64,000 bases of DNA from a virus (taxonomy: Duplodnaviria > Caudoviricetes). The translations under genes and the position numbers were made by a program. Positions 46,005-54,959 of this stretch are shown in pieces. Positions within the stretch are counted from its first letter, which is position 1. Every line of letters begins with the position of its first letter. The stretch lies in the IMG/VR virus record IMGVR_UViG_3300027533_000667, positions 13,626 to 77,625 of that record. The stretch is one strand, 5' to 3'. The notes under the pieces were generated by a model, which worked only from the letters and a program-made list of their open reading frames with translations, was not told where the DNA came from and searched no databases.

Positions 46005-46361
46005 TCAGCGGCCGAACAGGAAATCCCTGACCGGCGTCGCCCGGCGCCGTGGCACGACGTAAACGGGAACGTAGGCCGGCTTGGCGCGAGCGGCCTCGAG
46101 AACGACGTAGCGAACGGCCGGCGCTTGTGCCGGAACGTAGCGAATCCGTCGCTCCTCGATCGCTGCCGGCGGCGGGATATCTTCCTCGATCGTCAGGATG
46201 CGCACGCCAGGCGTTCCGGGGATCTCAGTGACGATCCTCCGGGCCGGTGTGCCGGGATACTCTTGGATGTTCGTGATTCGCTGGCCGGTGGCTGGCGGGT
46301 TCGCGCAGACCAACGACCGGCAAACCAGAACGGCCACAACGGCGAACAAAACAACTCGCAT
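46005..46361 (-). CDS. exported Pro-rich protein of planctomycete style
   Basis: MRVVLFAVVAVLVCRSLVCA signal; ends PRRRATPVRDFLFGR. Confidence 0.6.
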   Translation of the reverse strand: MRVVLFAVVAVLVCRSLVCANPPATGQRITNIQEYPGTPARRIVTEIPGTPGVRILTIEEDIPPPAAIEERRIRYVPAQAPAVRYVVLEAARAKPAYVPVYVVPRRRATPVRDFLFGR

Positions 46362-46369
46362 GGTTAGCC

Positions 46370-46561
46370 TCATTTCTTCGGGCGAACGGCCGGGCGATCG
46401 CTCCACTCTTGGATGCCGATCCGCTTGCCGTCGATCATCTCGTACTCAGTGACCTTCACGACTGCCTTGGCCGGCGGAGTCGAAACGCCACGGATCGGGC
46501 CCGCGTAAATGGCTGGTAGCGGGCCGAACAGCATGATCAGGATCGCGGCAAACTGGATCAT
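46370..46561 (-). CDS. small membrane/exported protein
   Basis: MIQFAAILIMLFGPLPAIYA. Confidence 0.45.
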   Translation of the reverse strand: MIQFAAILIMLFGPLPAIYAGPIRGVSTPPAKAVVKVTEYEMIDGKRIGIQEWSDRPAVRPKK

Positions 46562-46601
46562 GTTCGAGCCTTTCGAAAAAAAGGGCGATGGGCGAACGGA
46601 A

Positions 46602-47060
46602 TCAAGACCGACGAATCACCTTCGGGTTCCTGTTGACTCGCGGCGATACGCCGAACGTCGACGGCCCAGGCTCGTCGGGAATCACGCGCACGAAATTGAT
46701 CGACAAAATCTGCGGCTGCGTCGGCCCGGTCGTGTCCGGCGGGGTCAGATCAAAAGACACGGCCGCGCTTGGCGTGCTCGCGTTGTTCGCTTGATCGTAG
46801 TCGACGAGAAACGCGGAGCCGGTCTGCCCGGGGTTTGGGTCCGTGTTGAACAGAACCGCTTGATCCGTCGGGCTGAGCCCAAGCACGACTTCCTGATTCG
46901 GAGTCAAAACGTGCAGTTCTCGTCGCACCGTCGCGTCTTCCGGAACCACCGCCGACATGTCCGCCCGAAATTCCAGTTTCATGACGATCCTTGGTTGAGA
47001 CACGCTCCCAATATTAGGCCGGGCCGGGGAGCAATTGCGCCGGCATTCTTCGTTGTGCAT
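46602..47060 (-). CDS. hypothetical beta-rich protein
   Basis: Follows the subtilase stop; the alternative start is ATG 46982. Confidence 0.5.
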   Translation of the reverse strand: MHNEECRRNCSPARPNIGSVSQPRIVMKLEFRADMSAVVPEDATVRRELHVLTPNQEVVLGLSPTDQAVLFNTDPNPGQTGSAFLVDYDQANNASTPSAAVSFDLTPPDTTGPTQPQILSINFVRVIPDEPGPSTFGVSPRVNRNPKVIRRS

Positions 47061-47062
47061 GT

Positions 47063-48793
47063 TTAGCCCGGGTCAGCGTCTTCGGGATGCTCGATCTCCC
47101 ACACTTCGTCAAAATGATTCGTGAACATGTTGATTACGAAATTGATATACCCTTGAAGCGTTCTGGAGCCAATGAAATAGCTCCACATCTGCATTGTAGC
47201 CAATGCCGCCGCTACGCCCCTGCGGAATTTTTCCTTTTCTGCTTGCGTTTTTGTCGTTGGAGCCTCGATGACTTTCGCCAGTTCGTCGAATCCCTCAGGC
47301 GTCTTGATTCCCTGATCGCAATAGAACTGTCGGCACGATTTAATCGTTTCATCCGGCGGCGACACTTCCAAAGCATTCATATTGATCGTTGTGATCGTTG
47401 CAGTCAACGATGCCATGACGACAGGATCACTCTCGAAGATCACCCACAATTTGCTCCACATCGCCGTTTCTGTCAACGCATCAAGAAACACAGATGTTGC
47501 TTTGATTCGAGGGTATGCCCCGCCGAAAATCTTCAAGAACCCATTCAACTGTTGTAGCAACAGTCTACTTTGCTCTTTGTCAAGAGCAGCCGCCGCAGTA
47601 ACATTTTTCGATTTCCCCATGTCACTCTCTCCTGTTATAGAATTAAGAACCACTTGCTCAACCGTCTTCCTGGTCGGGTCGATCCTAAGCCTAACGTCAA
47701 ACATCCCCGGTGTTCCGGGATCGGGCGGAAAGGGGGGTTGTGGAGGTTGTGAAGCGAGTTCCGAAACCATCTTCGCGGTGTCGATCAGTCCAGCACCTGT
47801 TCTTTCGTCTGGCCCGGTTGGAACCAAATCAAAAGCAGTGCGACGAAGAATGGCGAGCAACTCAGACTGATTTGGAATACGGAGTCCTAGCTGCTTAAGC
47901 CTACCGCGATAAAGTGCCAAACAACCAGCAATTGCCGGTGTTGCCATTGACGTGCCGCTATAAGTGGCATATCTGTTGCCGGGAATGGTAGACATGATGC
48001 TTACGCCAGGTGCGGCAATATCGTTCTCCCGATGAATGGTGGAGAACGAGGCTCGTTTGTTGCTCTTGTCTGTTGCTGCTACGGCGATAGACTCAGGCCA
48101 ATGCCCAGGGTAACTCTCTGCTGGACCACCATCATTACCAGCTGCAATCACAACCCAACATCCTTTACTTATCGCATACTGCAGCGCCGGACGAGTGACG
48201 GTATCTTTCGACGGTCCACCTAGCGACAATGATATGATGTCAGCTCCCACATCAGCCGCATGACGTATGCCATTCGCAATCCACCTAGAAGCACCAGACC
48301 CTTCATCAGACAGAACTTTAACAGCTACAAGTTTGGCACTAGGCGCAATTCCTATAATGCCATTTCCGTCCGATCTTGCAGCCACAATCCCAGCGCAGTG
48401 CGTGCCGTGTGATTGCTTATCCATGAAACCTGACGACGAGCCAGTGAAATCTTTGCACTTATCAAGTATCACTTGATCGGCTAGATCGACATGTTTGTAA
48501 TCAATGCCAGTATCACAAATAGCGACAATACATCCATTTCCAGTAACGCCGCCATCGTATAGCTGAGATATGCCCAAATTGGTATGCGACCAATCCCTTG
48601 ATTCTGCCAAAGCCATCGACAACAACTCACGCCTTAAAGTCATTTCCGGCTCACGCTGATCTGGCGGCAACGTGACACGCGCTTCTTCCGGGTCTACATA
48701 GCCAGGTGGGAAATCGTTTCGTTGGATAGCTTCTTGTGCTGCAGTCATCATGTCTGGTACGCGATTCATGATTGCCTGAATGATATCCAGCAT
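47063..48793 (-). CDS. S8 subtilisin-like serine protease with C-terminal helical domain
   Basis: Catalytic triad motifs CDTG, HGTHCAG, GTSMATP; oxyanion AAGND; SLSLG. Confidence 0.92.
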   Translation of the reverse strand: MLDIIQAIMNRVPDMMTAAQEAIQRNDFPPGYVDPEEARVTLPPDQREPEMTLRRELLSMALAESRDWSHTNLGISQLYDGGVTGNGCIVAICDTGIDYKHVDLADQVILDKCKDFTGSSSGFMDKQSHGTHCAGIVAARSDGNGIIGIAPSAKLVAVKVLSDEGSGASRWIANGIRHAADVGADIISLSLGGPSKDTVTRPALQYAISKGCWVVIAAGNDGGPAESYPGHWPESIAVAATDKSNKRASFSTIHRENDIAAPGVSIMSTIPGNRYATYSGTSMATPAIAGCLALYRGRLKQLGLRIPNQSELLAILRRTAFDLVPTGPDERTGAGLIDTAKMVSELASQPPQPPFPPDPGTPGMFDVRLRIDPTRKTVEQVVLNSITGESDMGKSKNVTAAAALDKEQSRLLLQQLNGFLKIFGGAYPRIKATSVFLDALTETAMWSKLWVIFESDPVVMASLTATITTINMNALEVSPPDETIKSCRQFYCDQGIKTPEGFDELAKVIEAPTTKTQAEKEKFRRGVAAALATMQMWSYFIGSRTLQGYINFVINMFTNHFDEVWEIEHPEDADPG

Positions 48794-48809
48794 CGTTTGT
48801 CCTCAAATT

Positions 48810-48983
48810 TTACAGTGCGAATCTATCAAACTCTTCGATTCGCTCGTTCTCGATTTGCTGCCCAGAACCCTGACACGATGCACCGCCATCTTCGGTTGTA
48901 TGTTCGATGAACTTCTTTGGCTCGCCTTCCACTTTGATCCACCTATTGCAAATTGGGCACTGAGCTGCTGGATATGACTCCAT
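48810..48983 (-). CDS. small zinc-binding protein
   Basis: CPIC...H...C; GAGG SD. Confidence 0.5.
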   Translation of the reverse strand: MESYPAAQCPICNRWIKVEGEPKKFIEHTTEDGGASCQGSGQQIENERIEEFDRFAL

Positions 48984-49274
48984 TGGAACCTCAAAACACA
49001 AATTTGCCAATTAGAATGCCGCCGACTAACATCAGAATCAGACAAACAATGCCTATAGTCAAATACAATCTCTTAATATCACGAACCTCTTTTTCACTTG
49101 GAGACATCATCAGCGAATTCCCACTTTGATCAAGTAAATCCATCGATCAGGAAATACTTCTGTCGCTAGCGACACGGCAAAACACACCCATAACAATGCG
49201 CCGGTGATGAGCCAATCAAGCAAAGGCAGTCGGTAATCGGATTCGGCGTAGTCGTTGGCTTCCACGTCACAAAC

Positions 49275-49604
49275 TCATTTATCTTCCTTACCCATCACAG
49301 CTGCTTTAACTTCCTTCCGTGTCGCCTTAACTTCGGAGCGAACTGCCTTGACCTCATTCGCAGAATCAGCTGCGGCCTCATGTGCCGAAGTGGCTGCCTT
49401 TGCCGCGTCGTCAACGCGCTTTTCGGTCGACTGGATGCGCTTGTCTGCCGATTCGACTTTGCTTTGCGTCCGAAGGCTCAGGTAGGCGTTGATCGCCTGG
49501 GCGCTGAACACCGTCAGGAAGCCGATTGTGGCCAGCCAGACGCGCGTATCGTGCCACGGCTTGACGGGATGAGCGGTCGGCGGCGTCGGTGATTCGTTAT
49601 CCAT
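49275..49604 (-). CDS. single-TM coiled-coil protein (holin/spanin-like)
   Basis: VWLATIGFLTVFSAQAINAYL followed by an Ala/Lys coiled coil. Confidence 0.55.
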   Translation of the reverse strand: MDNESPTPPTAHPVKPWHDTRVWLATIGFLTVFSAQAINAYLSLRTQSKVESADKRIQSTEKRVDDAAKAATSAHEAAADSANEVKAVRSEVKATRKEVKAAVMGKEDK

Positions 49605-49627
49605 ATAACTCCATTAGTCCGAGAACG

Positions 49628-49783
49628 TCATAGATACCTAACCAGCAGAATAATCAAAATCACGACGAGTAGTACGCCGACAATTCCAATCGGACCATTG
49701 CCCCACTCTCCTCGACGTGTGCCGACCCACCCACCGCCTATCAACAAAAGAACAAGCAGAACGATCAGAATGATCTCAAGCAT
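49628..49783 (-). CDS. two-TM small membrane protein (DUF3309-like)
   Basis: Read manually: MLEIILIVLLVLLLIGGGWVGTRRGEWGNGPIGIVGVLLVVILIILLVRYL. Confidence 0.7.
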   Translation of the reverse strand: MLEIILIVLLVLLLIGGGWVGTRRGEWGNGPIGIVGVLLVVILIILLVRYL

Positions 49784-49863
49784 ATTACTCACCCTCTCAT
49801 TAGACTCATCACCAGAGCAGCATCACCACGATGAAGATGACCAGTAAGACTAGGAACATAACA

Positions 49864-50343
49864 TTACCTCTTATTTTCCATCGATTCCTGCTTTTTCTTG
49901 TGCTCCTCGTAGACTTCTTGCGCGACTTTCGCCTCGGCGATGTTCGCGGCCGTCGGCTTGTCTTCCGCCGATGCCTTGCACTTCGCCGCGAACATCCGCT
50001 TCTGTTCGAGCATCGCACTGTTGACCAAGGAATGCGTGTCCTCGCTGACCTTCGCCATAGCATCGAGCTTGTTGGCCGTGGCCTCTGTTGACTCAGCGAG
50101 AGACGTCTTCACTTCATTGACCGCTTTTGCCGCCGTTGCTGCCTGAACGCGGACCGCCTCCACCTTTTCAGCGGCGATTCTCTCGCGCTCGATCTTGGCG
50201 TCCTCACGGTCGGACAACCGCTTGCGGTCGGCGTAACTGATCACAAGCGACACCACACTGGTAACGATCCCGCCGACGCCTACGCACGAGGCCCCGATGA
50301 TCACGGCCCAGCCCGTTGCGTCGATTTCGGCGATGATAGTCAT
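49864..50343 (-). CDS. single-TM coiled-coil protein (holin/spanin-like)
   Basis: WAVIIGASCVGVGGIVTSVVSLVI TM, then coiled coil. Confidence 0.6.
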   Translation of the reverse strand: MTIIAEIDATGWAVIIGASCVGVGGIVTSVVSLVISYADRKRLSDREDAKIERERIAAEKVEAVRVQAATAAKAVNEVKTSLAESTEATANKLDAMAKVSEDTHSLVNSAMLEQKRMFAAKCKASAEDKPTAANIAEAKVAQEVYEEHKKKQESMENKR

Positions 50344-50609
50344 TCGCGATGTTCCTTTTTCTTTTTGGCTTCCGCTGCGACATTCGCCCTTTGCGATTCC
50401 CGCACGACGACGTTCACCTGCTCAATCACGGCACGCTGAACGCCTTTCACTTCCCGAACGACATTCGCAGCGACGGCAGCGTTCTCTTTTTTGTCCCTAG
50501 CACGCATCACAAGAATCCACGCGCCGGCTACAGTATTAATGAGCAGCACCAATCCACCAACTACAGCCGTGATGATTTCGCCAACGCTCATAGATACTCC
50601 AAGCAGCAA
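50340..50609 (-). CDS. single-TM holin-like protein
   Basis: IITAVVGGLVLLINTVAGAWILV then a basic C-terminus. Confidence 0.55.
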   Translation of the reverse strand: MLLGVSMSVGEIITAVVGGLVLLINTVAGAWILVMRARDKKENAAVAANVVREVKGVQRAVIEQVNVVVRESQRANVAAEAKKKKEHRE

Positions 50610-50978
50610 TCAATACAACAGATGTGCTGATACTGAATACGTATGAGACGTTCCGTTGCCGTGCGTTACCGTCACTTTCCAAGCGGCAGGTAGAACGTCT
50701 TTAGCAATTAGACCAGCTGATGCTGTCAAATCTGGATGAATTCTCAAAAGCACCGTACCGACGGCCGTAATGGCAGCACTAGCGAGTATAGTCCACGTCT
50801 TGCCAGAAAGAGGGTCCACACCTAAAATAGTAAAGGTTGTAGATGGTGATGTTCCTGCCGCTGTCGTGTCGATGACTACCAACAACCCCCTAGCCATCTT
50901 TGTGTTCTTTTGCGTTGCCATTGCTGTGGGAGTGGCAGTGCGAGCGGCAGATGTATAGCATTTGATATTGGTGGACAT
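50610..50978 (-). CDS. virion structural protein
   Basis: SAARTAT...RGLLVVID.TA...GVDPLSGK...LASAAITAVGT pattern. Confidence 0.6.
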   Translation of the reverse strand: MSTNIKCYTSAARTATPTAMATQKNTKMARGLLVVIDTTAAGTSPSTTFTILGVDPLSGKTWTILASAAITAVGTVLLRIHPDLTASAGLIAKDVLPAAWKVTVTHGNGTSHTYSVSAHLLY

Positions 50979-51222
50979 GATTGATTTTCTCAAGTAGCAG
51001 GATTGGCTATCAGCCCATCCCAGGTAATCCTTGTGGTCCCTATAACCAATCCTGCATAAGAATGCAGCTGCCCAGGATTCCAAGTTCCCGATTCAGCTAG
51101 AAAAGAAGAACAAACAACTATGCGGTGTGGATTGTTCTTCCATGCGGTTCGGCCGCGAGCCACAAATCCTAGCAGGTTTTAGTTGCTCATGGCGGACATA
51201 AACTAGCAGCTGCTGTATCGGA

Positions 51223-52035
51223 TTATGCGAACGTGACGGCACCAGACATCTTCATACGACCGTCTGGCATCTGCACACCAACATACATCGTAGGTGTGCC
51301 TGTATCACGAATGTTGAAATTGAAAGCACCCAACGCGTTGGATATCACGTCAAACGTGGATGGACCGAACTGCTCGACAGCATCCACAAATGCAGCTGTT
51401 GTCACGTCGGAGGCATTTACGAGATCGTCCGTGTTGGCTGTCCAATCGCCTGTGTTGTTCGCAATGGCGATATAACCCAAAGCGACATTAGCAGCATCCG
51501 GTACAGGTAGCGCTGCTAGGGCCAATGCAGCTGAGTTATATGCTTGTGGTGATGCCGGCACCTTCGTACTGATCGTACCACCGGCAGTCATCTGAACAAG
51601 AATCACACCGAATTTGCTAGCGGTGATAACGTGAGCGGCCGTAAACGTCAGATCGACAGCGGCCGTCTTTGTAGCGGTTATGCCTCTGACACGAACAGTT
51701 GCCGTGGCGGACGTTGAGAATTGTGCTGTATTTGTTGCGTCTATAATAAGAGTTGCTTTGTTGACCAAGCCATCGCGGAGATGATCGGTTCCTTGGATAA
51801 GAGTACCAACCGAACCAGCATAAACGCCACCAGTCGGCGGAGCAGCTAGAAGAGTACCAGCGGCGTTTGAGAACAAATTGCACTTAACTCGTGTCGCTTC
51901 AGCTATGTTTCTGCCTTTTCGATTTTTGAGTTGCACAGCAACATTAATTATGTCGCTTGCCTCCACCCCAATAGCAATAGTTGATTTGTAAAGACTCGGC
52001 TCGGTGAGCATCAAAAGTGGATTCTTCTTCGGCAT
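51223..52035 (-). CDS. virion structural protein (first late gene)
   Basis: Ala/Thr-rich beta protein; GGGAG SD. Confidence 0.6.
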   Translation of the reverse strand: MPKKNPLLMLTEPSLYKSTIAIGVEASDIINVAVQLKNRKGRNIAEATRVKCNLFSNAAGTLLAAPPTGGVYAGSVGTLIQGTDHLRDGLVNKATLIIDATNTAQFSTSATATVRVRGITATKTAAVDLTFTAAHVITASKFGVILVQMTAGGTISTKVPASPQAYNSAALALAALPVPDAANVALGYIAIANNTGDWTANTDDLVNASDVTTAAFVDAVEQFGPSTFDVISNALGAFNFNIRDTGTPTMYVGVQMPDGRMKMSGAVTFA

Positions 52036-52184
52036 ACCCTGGACTCCCTATAAGGTTGTTGGAAGCGAAGGGGAAAGCGAAGACGTGCGAAACCCCCTCC
52101 CCAGCGGTCCCACCTACTATAAGGGAGATCGCTCTTGTGTCCAATCGCTTTTCGCTGTAAAATCTCGGAATCGCCAGCGAGCGT

Positions 52185-52213
52185 ATTATCACTAGGCGAA
52201 AGGCTGCGCCCAA
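52185..52213 (-). promoter_or_regulatory. putative leftward (late operon) promoter TTGGGC-N17-GATAAT
   Basis: Spacing counted by hand; back-to-back with the rightward promoter. Confidence 0.45.
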
Positions 52214-52218
52214 ACTTT

Positions 52219-52258
52219 TGTGTAAGCCGTACATCTTGACACATAAACGGCTTACACA
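52219..52258. repeat. perfect 12-bp inverted repeat TGTGTAAGCCGT-N16-ACGGCTTACACA enclosing TTGACA
   Basis: Read directly from the sequence. Confidence 0.85.
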
Positions 52259-52264
52259 TATAAA
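52236..52264 (+). promoter_or_regulatory. sigma70-type promoter TTGACA-N17-TATAAA for the terminase genes
   Basis: Near-consensus hexamers with 17-nt spacing, about 40 nt upstream of the terS ATG. Confidence 0.75.
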
Positions 52265-52305
52265 CATATGAACCCGCCCCGATATGTCTAAAAAGGAGCA
52301 TAACT

Positions 52306-53214
52306 ATGGGCATCAGAGTTCTAATCAAGAAAAAGCGAGGATCGGAAGGCAGAGTATTAGGTTCAGCAAATCTAAAGTGGGAGAACAGATTCTACGTGGA
52401 CGCTTATCTGCTGGGCTCTCAAGGAGCCTCTCTTAACAAACTTGCCAAAGCAATTAAAGTGGACCCGCATACTGTGAGCAGATGGTTCATCAAAAGGCCA
52501 TCGTTCAGAGAAGCCTACGAACGTGGCAAAGAATGGCGTGTGAAAAGCATGAATCCGGAAAGCGAGGATTTCATCGAATTCGTTTATGGCAGACTGCCGC
52601 CAAAGCTTCGTCGATGGTGGAAGAAGATTCAGCAGTGGGAATTGACAGACACGGACGGCACCAACTTCAAAGCACGTAACCTAATCATGAAGATGACCAA
52701 GCAACAACGGCAGCACTTGTTCATTCATGCTTTGGTGAATTCATCTTTCAACGTCAGTAATGCTCTAAAGTCAGCACATCTCACCTACGACATGTATCGT
52801 CGCTGGGTCGAGCGAGACAAAGACTTCATAAAGATGCTAAACGAAATTCACGTTCACAAAAGGAATTTCGTTTCCGGTAGTCTATTCAGGCTAATCGGCA
52901 ACGGATCGGAAGCCGCCACGATCTTCGCCGCTCGTAACTTGTTGAAGGACGAAGGATTTGCTGATACTAAGAACGTCGAAGTTTCCGGCAGAATAGACCA
53001 CGCTCATTACAACATGGTGGAGATTCTGAAGCACGTCAGTCCAGAAGCAAAGAAAGAATTCTTGCGTGCAATACGAAAGCAAGAACAGGGCCAATTGGAA
53101 GACGTTGACAAGCCGAACATAACAATAACCAGAATCACTCAAAGAATGGGGATAGACGATGAAGAAGACACAACAGCTGAAGTTGTCGAAGCACAGGAAG
53201 TTGACGGCGACTGA
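52306..53214 (+). CDS. terS: terminase small subunit-like protein (two HTH-like regions)
   Basis: Upstream of and overlapping terL; LAKAIKVD..TVSRW and NVSNAL..AHL...YRRW HTH patterns; AATIFAAR...GF pattern. Confidence 0.7.
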   Translation: MGIRVLIKKKRGSEGRVLGSANLKWENRFYVDAYLLGSQGASLNKLAKAIKVDPHTVSRWFIKRPSFREAYERGKEWRVKSMNPESEDFIEFVYGRLPPKLRRWWKKIQQWELTDTDGTNFKARNLIMKMTKQQRQHLFIHALVNSSFNVSNALKSAHLTYDMYRRWVERDKDFIKMLNEIHVHKRNFVSGSLFRLIGNGSEAATIFAARNLLKDEGFADTKNVEVSGRIDHAHYNMVEILKHVSPEAKKEFLRAIRKQEQGQLEDVDKPNITITRITQRMGIDDEEDTTAEVVEAQEVDGD

Positions 53215-54688
53215 GGCACTTGTAATTGCCTCACTATGCCGAGATTCGTTCGAGTATTTCGTTAGGCGATTTTGGGAAGAGATCGTGCCGGAGAAACTCA
53301 TATGGAACTGGCATATGAGTTATCTGTGCGCCAGACTACAACGTCAAGCAGAACGAGTATTCGCTGAAATGCCGAAAGAACGGGATGAAGTCATCAACAT
53401 CCCACCAGGTACAAGCAAATCCCTAATCTGTTCCGTGATGTTCCCGATATGGGTATGGCTGAACATGCCATCAGCCAAGACTCTCGGAGCATCCTATTCT
53501 GAAAAACTGTCGCTAGACTTATCCCGCAAATCCCGTGATCTTGCCAACAGCGACAACTTCCGAATCTGCTTCCCTGAAATCGAGATCAAAGAAGATCAAG
53601 ATGCCAAATACTACTTCATGAATACTAACGGCGGTGCCAGATATGCTACCGGCAGCAAAGGCACCGTCACTGGAATGCACTTTCACTTCATAATTATCGA
53701 CGATCCGATTGATCCGAACGAAGCAATCTCAGAAGCTGAATTGGCAGCAAAGAACCACTGGATTCGCCAAACCCTTAGTTCCCGCAAAATCGACAAGCGA
53801 ATCACCGTCACATTCCTAATCATGCAGCGCCTGCACGAAAACGACCCGACTGCTGAATTCTTGAAAAAGGAAAAGGTGTTCCACACCAAAATCCCGATCA
53901 GCTTGGAGTTCGAGGTCAGGCCGAAAATCCTAGAGAAATTCTACAAGAACGGATTGCTCGACCCTAAACGAATGCCTGAGTCCGTCGTAGCCGAAGCAAG
54001 AAGAGACTTAGGTGAATATGGATTTGCCAGTCAGTATGGGCAAGACCCAGTGCCCGCCGGTGGCGGTCAATTCCAAACCGACAAGCTAAGAATCGGCACC
54101 CCACCATTCCGAATGAAAGCAATCGGCCGATATTGGGACTTAGCCGGCACACTTGCCAAACAAGCAAACAACATCAACAAAATGTATGCCAGAACATCCC
54201 AAGGCAATTCTGCCACAGGCGGACCCAAATTCACTGCCGGCGTAAAAATAGGAATTGCTGAAGATGGTCGTGTCTTCATCCTACATGTCGCCCGCTTCCG
54301 TTTAGATGTAGGCACCCGAAACAGAGAAATCCGCCGAATCTCCGAAGACGACGGTCACGACATCCCAATCGGAATTGAGCAGGAAGGAGGATCGGAAGGC
54401 TCCCATCAAGGGGTAGTCCAGCATCTAGTAGGGCACCGAATCAAAGTGTTCAAGCCTAAAGGTGATAAAGGTATTCGTGCCGAGCCACTTGCCGATCAAG
54501 TCAACAACGGCAACGTATGGTTGGCTCCTGGAGATTGGCACGACGCTTTTATCCACGAAATGAAATTCTTCCCTTATGGTGCTTTCCTCGATCAAATAGA
54601 TGCTGCCAGTGGATGCCTAGAAATGATCGCCACGAAAAAGCGTAGACGCCGTGTAATCCGTAAACGCAGTGAATACATCATTGCCTAA
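53159..54688 (+). CDS. terL: terminase large subunit
   Basis: INIPPGTSKS (Walker A), IIIDDPID (Walker B), IMQRLHENDP, YWDLAGT, DQIDAASG nuclease motifs. Confidence 0.92.
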   Translation: MKKTQQLKLSKHRKLTATEALVIASLCRDSFEYFVRRFWEEIVPEKLIWNWHMSYLCARLQRQAERVFAEMPKERDEVINIPPGTSKSLICSVMFPIWVWLNMPSAKTLGASYSEKLSLDLSRKSRDLANSDNFRICFPEIEIKEDQDAKYYFMNTNGGARYATGSKGTVTGMHFHFIIIDDPIDPNEAISEAELAAKNHWIRQTLSSRKIDKRITVTFLIMQRLHENDPTAEFLKKEKVFHTKIPISLEFEVRPKILEKFYKNGLLDPKRMPESVVAEARRDLGEYGFASQYGQDPVPAGGGQFQTDKLRIGTPPFRMKAIGRYWDLAGTLAKQANNINKMYARTSQGNSATGGPKFTAGVKIGIAEDGRVFILHVARFRLDVGTRNREIRRISEDDGHDIPIGIEQEGGSEGSHQGVVQHLVGHRIKVFKPKGDKGIRAEPLADQVNNGNVWLAPGDWHDAFIHEMKFFPYGAFLDQIDAASGCLEMIATKKRRRRVIRKRSEYIIA

Positions 54689-54701
54689 CAAGGAGTTTAA
54701 T

Positions 54702-54953
54702 ATGGTAGACAAATGCATGATTGTAGAAAACGAAGCAGCTGCTGCAATACTAAGACTAAACTTGCCGGACGACTGGATGGTCATTTCTGTTGGCAGCGCT
54801 GTAACAGGACACCGTTTCAAATATGCCGTGATTGCCTGCCAGATTGATCTAACCGATTCCAAAACAAAAGAATGGTTGGACCATGTATTGTCTTGCATAG
54901 TCCGAGGAACCGTATTGGGTTTGCCGAAAGATTATCATTGGGGTGATATGTAG
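54702..54953 (+). CDS. hypothetical protein
   Basis: AAGGAG SD. Confidence 0.55.
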   Translation: MVDKCMIVENEAAAAILRLNLPDDWMVISVGSAVTGHRFKYAVIACQIDLTDSKTKEWLDHVLSCIVRGTVLGLPKDYHWGDM

Positions 54954-54959
54954 GCATAA

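Noticed and set aside
49100-49274. Possible second +1 frameshift (ATG AGT TTG TGA versus MSCDVEANDY...) into a small TM ORF on the - strand
   Set aside because: An in-frame GTG start explains the ORF equally well, and there is no conserved motif to anchor a frameshift.
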